From Salinivirgaceae bacterium (GTDB lineage: Bacteria; Bacteroidota; Bacteroidia; Bacteroidales; SZUA-534), in assembly GCA_050179685.1 (NCBI GenBank), contig JBFXEW010000007.1:79223-143222 (forward strand): a stretch of DNA of 64,000 nt, given 5' to 3'. The notes beneath the pieces are model-generated. The model saw only the letters and a program-made list of their open reading frames with translations, made no database searches and had not been told where the DNA came from. The position numbers and the translations under genes are program-made. Below are positions 10,063 through 20,071 of this stretch, one piece after another; within the stretch, counting starts at the first letter, position 1; every line of letters begins with the position of its first letter.

Positions 10063-11388
10063 ATGAGAATTGCGAATTACCTGATACCGATTTTTCTTTG
10101 CTTCGCCTCCACTGTTTTGGCACAACAATTAGATTACGATTACGAAACCTTGCTTTTGCAGGAAGAAGAATCGACTGAAGGGTTGGCCTTTAAGCCTATT
10201 TTAGGTGCAGGAATGGGAACGTTCTCGTTTTTTGGCGACGTGAACAACTACCTGCGCAGCCCGCTCTACGGTTTAACTTCGTACAGGGTGTCCATATCGA
10301 GAAACTTAAGCAAAAATTTCGATTTTGAATTCCACGGTTCCTTTGGCGAGGTTTCAGGTAACGAGTATAACGGTAATGTTGACGCCGTTCAGAATTTTAA
10401 AACCAGTCTTTTTTTAGGCGGCGTTTCATTGGTTTATAACTTTAATCACCTGCTTAAAAGACAGCGGCCCATTCACCCCTTTATTGCCATAGGTGCCGAA
10501 ATACTGCAATTTACCCCCAAAGGCGATTACCTCGACAGCAATGGAAATCCGTACCATTACTGGAACGATGGAACCATTCGCGATGTGGAACAAGGCCTGG
10601 GCGTGGGAAATATTATCAGCCGCGATTACAAATACGAAACCGACCTGCGCGATTTGGATTTATACAATTACGGCTATTATCCCAAAACCAGTTTTGCCAT
10701 TCCTGTTGATATAGGTGTTCACGTCACTGTTTCTGATCGGGTTAAATGCCGCATTGGCACTGCACTGCATCTGGCCATGTCTGATTACATCGATAATTAC
10801 AAGGGTGGTGGTGCCTGGAAAAACGATATCGTATTAAATACCTACATATCACTTTCGTTCGATATGTTCTCGCCTGCCGACGAAATTGCATCAGTTGAGA
10901 ACTTTAAAAACCTGAAATTTACCATTACCGATAACGAAGATTCCGATGGTGATGGTGTGGACGACTTTAACGATGAATGCCCAAATACGCCTCCAAATGT
11001 TAAGGTAAACTTTAAAGGTTGTCCGCTCGATACCGACAACGACGGAGTTCCTGATTATATGGATAAACAAAACGACACCCAATCGGGAACCTTTGCTGTA
11101 GGTGCCAACGGGGTTAAAATTATGGAAAACCATTTAATTGTAATGCTTTACGACCCCGATGCAGTGAAACGCAGCGAAGTAAAACTTTATAAACGCACTT
11201 CTGACGCCAAACAAGATGATAAAGAAGTTAAAGGGATTCCTGAAAAGTTTAAGCAGGTAGATGTTAACGGCGACAACTACATCTCGCACGAAGAACTACA
11301 GGAAGCTATTGATGCTATTTTTGAGATGAACTCTACCCTTACTCCAGGTGACATCTACGAATTGCAGGAGTTCTTCTTCAATCAATAA
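10063..11388 (+). CDS. Outer-membrane beta-barrel protein with thrombospondin type-3-like Ca-binding repeats and a C-terminal EF-hand
   Basis: Signal peptide and alternating beta strands. 'DSDGDGVDDFNDECP' and 'DTDNDGVPDYMD' repeats. Canonical EF loop DVNGDNYISHEE. Confidence 0.6.
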   Translation: MRIANYLIPIFLCFASTVLAQQLDYDYETLLLQEEESTEGLAFKPILGAGMGTFSFFGDVNNYLRSPLYGLTSYRVSISRNLSKNFDFEFHGSFGEVSGNEYNGNVDAVQNFKTSLFLGGVSLVYNFNHLLKRQRPIHPFIAIGAEILQFTPKGDYLDSNGNPYHYWNDGTIRDVEQGLGVGNIISRDYKYETDLRDLDLYNYGYYPKTSFAIPVDIGVHVTVSDRVKCRIGTALHLAMSDYIDNYKGGGAWKNDIVLNTYISLSFDMFSPADEIASVENFKNLKFTITDNEDSDGDGVDDFNDECPNTPPNVKVNFKGCPLDTDNDGVPDYMDKQNDTQSGTFAVGANGVKIMENHLIVMLYDPDAVKRSEVKLYKRTSDAKQDDKEVKGIPEKFKQVDVNGDNYISHEELQEAIDAIFEMNSTLTPGDIYELQEFFFNQ

Positions 11389-11455
11389 AACAAAATAAAA
11401 CTGAAAGCTATTCTATAACTACCTAATAGTTAGAACAAAAAGCTGAAGAAAACTT

Positions 11456-11923
11456 CTAACGAATTTTATTCATCCGATCCATCTCTCGCTTATTGTCCTT
11501 GGCTTTAATGCCTTCCCGTTTATCGTATTGTTTTTTACCCCGGGTAAGAGCAATGTCAATTTTTACAAGCCCTGCAGCATTGGTAAACAAGGTGAGTGGG
11601 ATTATACTGAAACCACGCTCTTTAATTTTTTTGTGCAACTTGTTTAATTCCTGTCGGTTTAAAAGCAACTTGCGATCGCGACGGGGTTCATGATTCACAT
11701 AACCTCCCATTTCGTATTCGGCAATGTAGAGGTTTTTAATATAAAGTTCGTTATTAATAAATGTGCAGTAAGTTTCGGTCAAACTGGCTTTCCCGTTACG
11801 TATCGACTTAATTTCAGTTCCCAGCAATTGAATACCAGCCGTAAATTTTTCAAGAATTTCATATTCAAAACTTGCTTTTTTATTCCTTAATCGTATGGTA
11901 TTGGTTCGCGTCATTTTGTTCAT
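11456..11923 (-). CDS. smpB: SsrA-binding protein
   Basis: 'NKKASFEY...[14 protein letters not shown]', '[11 protein letters not shown]' and 'GKKQYDKRE'. Confidence 0.97.
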   Translation of the reverse strand: MNKMTRTNTIRLRNKKASFEYEILEKFTAGIQLLGTEIKSIRNGKASLTETYCTFINNELYIKNLYIAEYEMGGYVNHEPRRDRKLLLNRQELNKLHKKIKERGFSIIPLTLFTNAAGLVKIDIALTRGKKQYDKREGIKAKDNKREMDRMNKIR

Positions 11924-11931
11924 GGTTTAAA

Positions 11932-12501
11932 TCAAAGGGCAAATATAGCTCCTAATATTAGTTTGGCCGCCAAATAAAGGAGAATAATAATTATCAGGCT
12001 AATGGGAACAAACCACTGGCGACGATCAACAGGCATCTCAATCAGGCGTTCGCTGCCAATCCAAAAAAGTATGATGCTGTAAAGTCCAATAAGGTTCAGA
12101 AGCGCATCAAGTCGGGGCAACAGCCCTGATAATATCATGGCAATATAAACCGGAGTAGAGGCGTATGCCATCAGGGTAAAGGCTTTAGTTCCGTTTCGCG
12201 GAATTTGAAAAATCGAAAATAGCTTATTCAAAATAAAGGCCGAACCATACAAGGTAACCAAAACAACCAGAATAAGATGAAATATACTTCGCAATACTAC
12301 CCCGGAACCCTGACGAAAAGTAGTTGGCCCAAAAATTACACTTCCCAAAAAAGTGGCCACTAAAAACAACGCTAAAAACGGAATTATATATTGTGATAAA
12401 ACCGCACCTCGACTTTTGTTTTCATTTAAAACACTGACAAATTCCCGTTTGGGTTCCATTAGTAAACCCCGAACGCGGTTTATAATAAGTTTAAGCAACA
12501 T
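11932..12501 (-). CDS. Yip1-family membrane protein
   Basis: 'LLMEPKREF' start, five hydrophobic segments, 'AYASTPVYI...LYSIILFWIG'. Confidence 0.7.
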   Translation of the reverse strand: MLLKLIINRVRGLLMEPKREFVSVLNENKSRGAVLSQYIIPFLALFLVATFLGSVIFGPTTFRQGSGVVLRSIFHLILVVLVTLYGSAFILNKLFSIFQIPRNGTKAFTLMAYASTPVYIAMILSGLLPRLDALLNLIGLYSIILFWIGSERLIEMPVDRRQWFVPISLIIIILLYLAAKLILGAIFAL

Positions 12502-12557
12502 ACCGATTTAATTTGCAGCAAAAATAATGTATTTTTACAAGCAATTATCATAATTAC

Positions 12558-13496
12558 ATGGAGGGAATCGCAAAAAAGACCATCGATTTAATAACTGTTC
12601 TTGGACCTACAGCTACCGGAAAAACAAGTTTTGCCGTTCATTTGGCGCACTTGCTCAATGCTCAGATTATAAGTGCCGATTCGCGCCAGGTTTACCGCGG
12701 AATGGATTTGGGAACCGGTAAAGATCTGTCAGAATACACCCTCCACGGACAACAAATTCCCTATCATCTTATCGATATTGTTGAGGCAGGAACCAAATAC
12801 AACGTATTTGAGTATCAGAATGACTTTTTAAAAGCCTACGAACAAATTGTTGCTGAAAACAGTTTTCCAATTTTGTGCGGTGGCTCGGGTATGTATATCG
12901 AAGCGGTGCTAAAAGGTTACCGCTTAGCCAATGTGCCTGAAAACGCTCAACTGCGCAAAAGTCTGGAAACCTACACCCTCGATGAGCTGAGTATCAGACT
13001 GGCAGAAATGAAACGCCTGCACAACACCAGCGATGTGGACACAAAAAAAAGAGCCATTCGGGCTATCGAAATTGAAAGTTATTACCAGGAACACCCCGAA
13101 ACAGATTTATCCTATCCTGAATTCAATGCTTTAATATTGGGAATAAAACTTCACCGACAAGAAGTTAAACAACGAATTACCGAACGCTTAAAACAACGCC
13201 TGCGTGATGGCATGATTGACGAGGTGGAACAACTTATTAAACAGGGAGTGGCGCCTGAAGCATTGGTTTATTATGGGCTCGAGTACAAATTTATTGTGCA
13301 ATACCTACAGCATGAGTTTAGCTACAACACCATGGTCGAAAAATTAAACATTGCCATTCATCAGTTTGCAAAACGCCAAATGACCTGGTTCCGCCGGATG
13401 GAACGTGGAGGATTTAAAATTCACTGGATCGATGGATTGGCCAGTATGGAAGAAAAAGTTCACGTTGCCATGAGTCTGATTCAGCGCTATTCCTAA
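12558..13496 (+). CDS. miaA: tRNA dimethylallyltransferase
   Basis: 'GPTATGKT', 'ISADSRQVYRGMDLGTGK' and 'FAKRQMTWFR'. Confidence 0.95.
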   Translation: MEGIAKKTIDLITVLGPTATGKTSFAVHLAHLLNAQIISADSRQVYRGMDLGTGKDLSEYTLHGQQIPYHLIDIVEAGTKYNVFEYQNDFLKAYEQIVAENSFPILCGGSGMYIEAVLKGYRLANVPENAQLRKSLETYTLDELSIRLAEMKRLHNTSDVDTKKRAIRAIEIESYYQEHPETDLSYPEFNALILGIKLHRQEVKQRITERLKQRLRDGMIDEVEQLIKQGVAPEALVYYGLEYKFIVQYLQHEFSYNTMVEKLNIAIHQFAKRQMTWFRRMERGGFKIHWIDGLASMEEKVHVAMSLIQRYS

Positions 13497-13672
13497 AAAA
13501 TTCCACAAATTATTGCAATAAGTTTACTGAAAAAAAATAGCTGATACGATAACTATTTGTAAAGACCGATTGCAAGAATATATTCGACGATTGCTTTTTC
13601 CACTTACTATTATTGAACAAATTAAGCTATTTTTGTGTCGTTACTGAATTACATTTAAAAGATATTATATAC

Positions 13673-14899
13673 ATGGGTCAACCCTATTACAGTACTGAAA
13701 AAGAAATAGAACAAGCCGTTTTGATTGGAGTAATTAATCAGGAGCAGGACGAACAACAGGTAGAAGAATACCTGGACGAGTTGGCGTTTTTAACCGAAAC
13801 TGCCGGTGCGGTTCCCGTAAAGCGGTTCACACAAAAACTCGATAAACCCCACCCCAAAACCTTTGTAGGAACGGGTAAAATAAATGAGATTGCTGCTTAC
13901 GTTGAAGAACACGAAATTAAACTGATTATTTTCGACGATGAATTAACTCCCTCGCAGTTACGAAATATCGAAAGGGTATTTAATTCGCGGGTTTTGGATC
14001 GTACCAATTTAATTCTCGACATATTTGCCCAAAGAGCACAAACAGCTCACGCCAAAGTGCAGGTTGAACTGGCCCAGTATCAATATTTACTACCACGGCT
14101 TACCCGCATGTGGACACACCTGGAACGACAACGTGGAGGTATTGGTCTGCGTGGTCCCGGTGAAACCGAGATTGAAACCGACCGCCGGATTATCCGCGAT
14201 AAGATTTCGCGTCTAAAAGAACAGCTCGAAAAAATCGACAGGCAAATGTCGACCCAGCGTAAAAACCGGGGCGAAATGGTACGTGTTGCTTTAGTAGGTT
14301 ACACCAACGTAGGCAAATCAACCATAATGAACCTGCTAAGCAAATCGGAAGTTTTTGCCGAAAATAAACTCTTTGCCACACTCGACACCACCGTACGAAA
14401 AGTGGTAATTGGCAATCTGCCTTTCCTGCTTTCCGACACTGTCGGATTTATTCGCAAACTGCCCCATGACCTGGTTGAATCGTTTAAATCGACCCTCGAC
14501 GAAGTTCGCGAAGCTGATATTTTATTGCATGTTGTCGACATTTCGCATCCCAACTTCGAAGAACAAATTGAAGTGGTAAAACAAACGCTGTACGAAATTG
14601 ACAAAACCGAAAAACCCACCTTCATTGTTTTTAATAAAATAGATGCTTATGAGTTTATTGAAAAAGATGAAGACGATTTAACACCCAAAACCATCGATAA
14701 TTATTCGCTCGAAGAGTTAAAAAAATCGTGGATGGCCAAAAACAACCTGCCCTGCATTTTTATTTCGGCCAAAGAAAAAAACAATATCGATGAGTTTAGG
14801 AACCTTATTTACGATAAAGTTCGTGAGATTCACGCCAAACGCTATCCCTACAACAATTTCCTTTTCGACGATTCGTGGAAAAACGAAGTTGAAGAATAA
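13673..14899 (+). CDS. hflX: GTPase HflX
   Basis: 'GPGETEIETDRR', 'GYTNVGKST', 'LFATLD', 'DTVGFI' and 'NKID'. Start moved to ATG 13673 because a TATTTTTG promoter box lies at 13628-13635. Confidence 0.96.
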   Translation: MGQPYYSTEKEIEQAVLIGVINQEQDEQQVEEYLDELAFLTETAGAVPVKRFTQKLDKPHPKTFVGTGKINEIAAYVEEHEIKLIIFDDELTPSQLRNIERVFNSRVLDRTNLILDIFAQRAQTAHAKVQVELAQYQYLLPRLTRMWTHLERQRGGIGLRGPGETEIETDRRIIRDKISRLKEQLEKIDRQMSTQRKNRGEMVRVALVGYTNVGKSTIMNLLSKSEVFAENKLFATLDTTVRKVVIGNLPFLLSDTVGFIRKLPHDLVESFKSTLDEVREADILLHVVDISHPNFEEQIEVVKQTLYEIDKTEKPTFIVFNKIDAYEFIEKDEDDLTPKTIDNYSLEELKKSWMAKNNLPCIFISAKEKNNIDEFRNLIYDKVREIHAKRYPYNNFLFDDSWKNEVEE

Positions 14900-14914
14900 T
14901 AAAATGTTGCTGGC

Positions 14915-16033
14915 ATGAGTCGTTTCAGGTTTTTTATACTTGTTTTTTTTCTGTTCCAAATAAGTCTGGCCCAAAATCTGGTTCCAAACGGAAGTTTTGA
15001 ACTCTACCAGCGATGTCCGGCCGATTACGTTTCCATTCAACGCTACAGCGATGTTTTTAGCTGGGAATCGCCCAACAGCGGAACTCCCGACTATTTTCAT
15101 GCCTGTTCACAAAAATGTGGGGTCCCTCACAACTGGATAGGTTCAGCTGAAGCCTTCGATGGGAAAGGCTACATGGGAATTATTGGCTGCATGCAACAAA
15201 TAGATCCCAACCAAATTGCTTATCGCGAATACATCAGGGTTCGATTACGCCGACCGCTGGAAGCCGGAAAAACCTATTTTGCATCGATGCAGGTTCGGCT
15301 CGGACAAAGTTGCATTATTGCCTGCAATGGTTTGGGCATGTTTTTTTCCGATAACCCGCTCAATTCGGTTCATTCCATCAATTATCCGGTTCAAGCCGAT
15401 ATTGTGTTCCAACAAGATGAAATTATTCATGATAAAAATAGTTGGACTAAAGTCTGTGGTACTTTTCAGGCCGAGGGTGGCGAGGATTATTTAATTATCG
15501 GGAATTTTTTGTCGAACCAGCAAATGGAATATCGAAACTTTGACGAAAACCTGCTGCAAACGCAAAATACAAGCCCCATGGCTTATTATTACATCGATTT
15601 TGTTGAAGTTTACGAATACCTGCCTGAGCTTAACCTTAGCTGCGAGGCTATGGAACCAGAACCCCTGATAGCTTTCGACGGTGTTTTGCTGCGGAATCAA
15701 AAAATGGTTCTCGAAAACCTGTATTTTGAATTCGATAAAGCAATAATTTTGCCCGAGTCGCACTTTGAACTCGACAAACTGGCAGCGCTTCTGCTCCAAA
15801 AAACACAATTAAAATTACACATCTATGGCCATACCGATAAGGTAGGAACTGATGAATACAATCAACAACTTTCGGAAGAAAGGGCACTTGCCGTTCGCAA
15901 TTACCTGCTGGCAAAAGGGGTGTCGCGCTTTCGCATAGTAACGCAGGGCTTTGGAAGTTCAAAACCTGTATCGAACGAAAATAACGAAGAAGGAGACCGT
16001 TTAAACCGCAGGGTTGAGATTGAAGTTAAATAA
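14915..16033 (+). CDS. OmpA-family protein (N-terminal jelly-roll-like domain, C-terminal OmpA peptidoglycan-binding domain)
   Basis: Signal peptide and 'QNLVPNGSFE'. C-terminal 'YFEFDK...GHTD...YNQQLSEERA...NRRVEI'. Confidence 0.88.
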   Translation: MSRFRFFILVFFLFQISLAQNLVPNGSFELYQRCPADYVSIQRYSDVFSWESPNSGTPDYFHACSQKCGVPHNWIGSAEAFDGKGYMGIIGCMQQIDPNQIAYREYIRVRLRRPLEAGKTYFASMQVRLGQSCIIACNGLGMFFSDNPLNSVHSINYPVQADIVFQQDEIIHDKNSWTKVCGTFQAEGGEDYLIIGNFLSNQQMEYRNFDENLLQTQNTSPMAYYYIDFVEVYEYLPELNLSCEAMEPEPLIAFDGVLLRNQKMVLENLYFEFDKAIILPESHFELDKLAALLLQKTQLKLHIYGHTDKVGTDEYNQQLSEERALAVRNYLLAKGVSRFRIVTQGFGSSKPVSNENNEEGDRLNRRVEIEVK

Positions 16034-16049
16034 AACCCGAAGTATCAAC

Positions 16050-17339
16050 TTAAGGTTTTAGCTGCAACTCGCGAAGCATGTGTGCATCGTAAGCTTTTAA
16101 AAAAGCCACAAAAAACAATTGAGCCTGATACTCGTAACCTTTTTGGGTAAAATGCAGGTAATCGGAATGAGCCAGACCAAAAGCCCGCCATGCATCCATG
16201 GAACCGGCTCCTCCCATTAAAGAATAAAAATCCCAATAAGCCAGTTGATTTTGCTCCGCTTGACTTTTAATAATTTCTGAAGCACGAGCCGCAGCTGCAT
16301 TTACCTGAATCCTTTTAATGCGGTGATCGCCCGGCGTAGTTAATAAAACAGCTGCTTCAGGTGCCGCCTGCTTAATATAATGCAGCAAACTATCAACTTT
16401 TTTCCTAAAATCTGCGGTATCAAAAACATTGGTATAACTATCGTTGGTGCCCAGCGATACAATTATCCAATCGGGATTTAAAGCATTCAGATGAGGAACA
16501 AAATAGTCACATCTCAGATAAGATTCGTACTGTGCCCCGTTAACTCCCACCGTGTGATAAATAATTCCCGGATCGTTGCTGTCGAAATTCATTCCATATA
16601 AGGTAAATTCCTTTTGCGCTTCGTTTTGCTTTTGCAGTTCCAGCGTAACTTGTTCCAAATCGCGATGGAATTCAAAAAGGGTAAATCCCTTTTCGGGAAA
16701 AGCCTGAACCGATTTTACCATGTCGTTTGGCTTTATCTTCAAAGCATAATTTTCAGGACCAAAGGCATGAAAAACCATCAAACGATCGAAATCGTATCCG
16801 GCTAAAGCCTGATCGGTAATTCTGATATGTATGGAAGCATTGGCATCTAAAGTTTTTATTGATATGCCCGAAAGTCCTAACTCACAATTCCTTTCTTTTT
16901 CCACATTCCGGCAACTTTCCCAAACTCCGGTTGACGATACCGAGTAATTTAATGGATTATTTGTTCCGGCAACTTTGTAGGGGAAAATAAATCCACGCCC
17001 GCCCATAGCCCCTAAAAAGAAAGTTTGTAAACGCTTGCGAAAATGACCCGAAAAAAAATCGGCTTGCAAATGTGAATCACCAATGTGCACAATGCGAACC
17101 TTGCCTGAACCTTTTAGCCCGACTTCGGTAAATTTTTCGAATAATTGCCGGTAAGCCAGCGATGAATCGGGAATTACCAGCTTATTCACGCCCTGATTAA
17201 CAAAGGGATAGGACTCCAGTTCAAAAGGATTGTCCTGCGCTATACTTTCTGTTGTGGTAAAAGCTAAAAAAACCAATCCAAAAAAGACCGCTAAAAAATA
17301 ATGCCTTTTAATTAATTTTATTGATGCAGTTTTATTCAT
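16050..17339 (-). CDS. SGNH/GDSL hydrolase, PatB-like peptidoglycan O-acetyltransferase/esterase
   Basis: 'HIGDSH', 'GVNGA', 'SLGTND' and 'DYLHF' blocks, with an N-terminal membrane anchor. Start taken at MNKTAS (17339). Confidence 0.75.
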   Translation of the reverse strand: MNKTASIKLIKRHYFLAVFFGLVFLAFTTTESIAQDNPFELESYPFVNQGVNKLVIPDSSLAYRQLFEKFTEVGLKGSGKVRIVHIGDSHLQADFFSGHFRKRLQTFFLGAMGGRGFIFPYKVAGTNNPLNYSVSSTGVWESCRNVEKERNCELGLSGISIKTLDANASIHIRITDQALAGYDFDRLMVFHAFGPENYALKIKPNDMVKSVQAFPEKGFTLFEFHRDLEQVTLELQKQNEAQKEFTLYGMNFDSNDPGIIYHTVGVNGAQYESYLRCDYFVPHLNALNPDWIIVSLGTNDSYTNVFDTADFRKKVDSLLHYIKQAAPEAAVLLTTPGDHRIKRIQVNAAAARASEIIKSQAEQNQLAYWDFYSLMGGAGSMDAWRAFGLAHSDYLHFTQKGYEYQAQLFFVAFLKAYDAHMLRELQLKP

Positions 17340-17394
17340 AAGTAAGTGAGCGAATAAAACGAAAGCTCCAATGGTGGAGCTTTCTGAATTATCG

Positions 17395-19116
17395 TTAGGC
17401 CAACCATTGCTCCACATCGGGCAATTGCAAGGCATTTATTTCCAATTTATTTTTTTTGCGGTAAGCATTCAGTTTTTGATGGATCTGAGTGGCTTTTTCT
17501 TCTTTCATTTTAACTACCGAAGTATAACCTGCTTTAATTACATGTTCAGCCCAAACTTCGGGCACACCTATCTTAACAAAATCTTCGGGCCCATCGGTTT
17601 TTACCTTTTTCTCAGGACGCATTTGCGGGAAAAACAACACATCCTGAATACTGTCCTGGCCGGTCATAAACATGGTAAGTCGGTCGATACCAATTCCCAT
17701 TCCCGAGGTAGGAGGCATTCCGTATTCCAAAGCGCGTACAAAATCATGATCGATAAACATGGCCTCGTCGTCGCCTTTTTCCGACAGCTTTAATTGCTCC
17801 TGAAAACGTTCCAGCTGATCAATCGGATCGTTCAACTCGGTATAAGCGTTGCAAAGTTCTTTTCCGTTTACCATTAATTCAAAGCGCTCGGTAAGTTCCG
17901 GATTGTCGCGGTGCTTTTTACACAAAGGCGACATTTCAACCGGATAATCGATGATAAATGTAGGTTGAATCATGTGATGCTCACACTTCTCCCCAAAAAT
18001 TTCATCAATAATTTTACCTTTTCCAAACGATTCATCAATCTCAATATGCAAGTCTTTACAAACCTGACGTAACTGCTCCTCATTCATTCCGGTAATATCA
18101 ATGCCTGTATGTTCTTTTATAGCATCAAGCATAGTTAACCGACGGTAAGGCGCTTTAAAATCGACTTCTTTATCGCCAATCTTTACTTTTGTAGTTCCGT
18201 GTAGCGCAAGAGCAACGCGTTCAAGCATTTCCTCGGTAAATTCCATCATCCAGTGATAGTCTTTATAAGCTACATAAATTTCCATTACCGTAAACTCCGG
18301 ATTATGGGTACGATCCATTCCCTCGTTGCGGAAATCTTTGGCAAATTCATAAACCCCGTCGAAACCACCAACAATAAGCCGCTTAAGGTACAATTCGTTG
18401 GCAATTCGTAAATACAAGGGCATGTTCAATGCATTGTGATGCGTAATAAACGGACGGGCAGCAGCTCCTCCCGGAATGGGTTGCAAAATGGGTGTTTCCA
18501 CCTCAAGATAACCCAGTTCGTTAAACATCTGGCGCATGGTATTAATAATTTTTGCGCGCTTAATAAACACATCTTTCACGTTAGGATTAACTACCAAATC
18601 GACATAACGCTGGCGATACCTTTGTTCGGGATCGGTAAAAGCATCGTAGGTTTTGCCGTCTTTCTCTTTTACTATAGGCAATACACGTAACGATTTACTC
18701 AAAACCGTAAACTCCTTTACATACACACTTTTCTCTCCCACCTGGGTTACAAATGCATGTCCTTTTACTCCAATAAAATCACCAATATCGAGCAGGCGCT
18801 TAAAAACGGTATTGTAAAGAGTTTTATCTTCGCCCGGACAAATTTCATCGCGGTTAAAATAAACCTGGATGCGTCCTTTTTCGTCCATCAACTCAATAAA
18901 CGAAGCCTTCCCCATGATGCGGCGACTCATAATTCTACCCGCCAAACTTACTTCCTGATAATTATTCTTCTCAGGATCGTAGTTCTCACGGATATCCTGA
19001 GTGGTGGTATCTACATGGTACATGGCCTGTGGATAAGGCTCTATACCCAAACTTCGCAACTCTTCTAACGATTGGCGACGGATAATTTCCTGCTCGCTCA
19101 ATTCCGATATACTCAT
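17395..19116 (-). CDS. lysS: Lysyl-tRNA synthetase (class II) with C-terminal extension
   Basis: 'RYRQRYVDL', '[13 protein letters not shown]', '[14 protein letters not shown]' and 'GMGIGIDRL'. Confidence 0.98.
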   Translation of the reverse strand: MSISELSEQEIIRRQSLEELRSLGIEPYPQAMYHVDTTTQDIRENYDPEKNNYQEVSLAGRIMSRRIMGKASFIELMDEKGRIQVYFNRDEICPGEDKTLYNTVFKRLLDIGDFIGVKGHAFVTQVGEKSVYVKEFTVLSKSLRVLPIVKEKDGKTYDAFTDPEQRYRQRYVDLVVNPNVKDVFIKRAKIINTMRQMFNELGYLEVETPILQPIPGGAAARPFITHHNALNMPLYLRIANELYLKRLIVGGFDGVYEFAKDFRNEGMDRTHNPEFTVMEIYVAYKDYHWMMEFTEEMLERVALALHGTTKVKIGDKEVDFKAPYRRLTMLDAIKEHTGIDITGMNEEQLRQVCKDLHIEIDESFGKGKIIDEIFGEKCEHHMIQPTFIIDYPVEMSPLCKKHRDNPELTERFELMVNGKELCNAYTELNDPIDQLERFQEQLKLSEKGDDEAMFIDHDFVRALEYGMPPTSGMGIGIDRLTMFMTGQDSIQDVLFFPQMRPEKKVKTDGPEDFVKIGVPEVWAEHVIKAGYTSVVKMKEEKATQIHQKLNAYRKKNKLEINALQLPDVEQWLA

Positions 19117-19171
19117 AATTTGTTTGGTTTAAGCGTTAGTCTGCTTTAAATTAGTTATTTGAAAATTGATG

Positions 19172-19179
19172 CAAAGATA
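19172..19179 (-). promoter_or_regulatory. -7 promoter box (TATCTTTG) of lysS
   Basis: CAAAGATA on the + strand about 55 nt upstream of lysS. Confidence 0.65.
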
Positions 19180-19430
19180 TAATTTTAACGCAAAGTTATC
19201 ATTGTACAGCCCGATAAAGCCTTTCAAAAAAAAGTTGCAAAAAATTATCCTAATTTTAAAATGCCCGCAATAAATCACAACTTATTACGTATGATACAAA
19301 TATTTTACTTCGCGCTGAGACAAAAATTGTGACGCATATCATTTTTTTTGCCCTGCCATTTAAGCTAAATAAGTATAACCCAAAAACGAAAAAGTCGTTT
19401 AATTTACCGTGTGTTGATTAGTAATAGTTT

Positions 19431-19970
19431 ATGAAAAGAAACCTTCTCAAATTCCGGATTCAGTTTAGAAAGAAAAACCTGATGCGGTTATTTTTAAACC
19501 CCAACGAAACGCCGCTGCGCAAATCGGTTGCCATGGCTTTAGGTGTATTTATTGGGGTTATACCAATTTGGGGAGGTCAAATTATAGGAGGTTTGGCATC
19601 GGCACAATACTTTAAGCTGAACAAACCACTTGTGGTTATTGGCACTTACATCAATTTAACGCCTTTGTTTCCCTTAATTGCATTTCTGAGTTTAAAACTG
19701 GGCTTTTTGTTAGCTAACCAATCGGTAAGCTTACCCGCTTTAAGCCAAATAAATTTTGATTTGCTTCAAACCTATTTCTGGTATTTTTTAATTGGCAGTA
19801 TTCCGGTAGCTGCAATTACCGCAGCTTTTTTTGGATTAGCCACTTATGCCGGCATTTACCTGTTTCGCTTTTTAAAATTCCAAACCAAACAAAGGGTAAA
19901 TGCGTTAAAAATTCCAGTTCAAAACATGGTACAAACACCGCCTTTTTTCGAAAACAAGGTTTCATTATAA
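19431..19970 (+). CDS. DUF2062-family membrane protein
   Basis: 'ETPLRKSVAMALGVFIGVIP...KLNKP...YINLTP'. Confidence 0.75.
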   Translation: MKRNLLKFRIQFRKKNLMRLFLNPNETPLRKSVAMALGVFIGVIPIWGGQIIGGLASAQYFKLNKPLVVIGTYINLTPLFPLIAFLSLKLGFLLANQSVSLPALSQINFDLLQTYFWYFLIGSIPVAAITAAFFGLATYAGIYLFRFLKFQTKQRVNALKIPVQNMVQTPPFFENKVSL

Positions 19971-20071
19971 AGGTATTGTAAATACTGCCTATAAACATTT
20001 TGCTATTCCTAAAAATGTAAGTCTTCAAAAGTTTATTTTTGCTACTTTTGTGCCTTCAAATCCAAGGTAAA

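Noticed and set aside
11389-12560. tmRNA next to smpB
   Set aside because: No GGGG...TCCACCA tRNA-like ends and no intergenic space.
16050-17435. Extended 461-aa start of the SGNH protein overlapping lysS
   Set aside because: The N-terminal 32 aa overlap the lysS 3' end and look non-coding. The ATG at 17339 gives a normal membrane anchor.
19326-19345. CRP/FNR-like site TGTGA-N6-TCATT upstream of the DUF2062 gene
   Set aside because: The right half is a poor match, the context is AT-rich, and there is no supporting second site.
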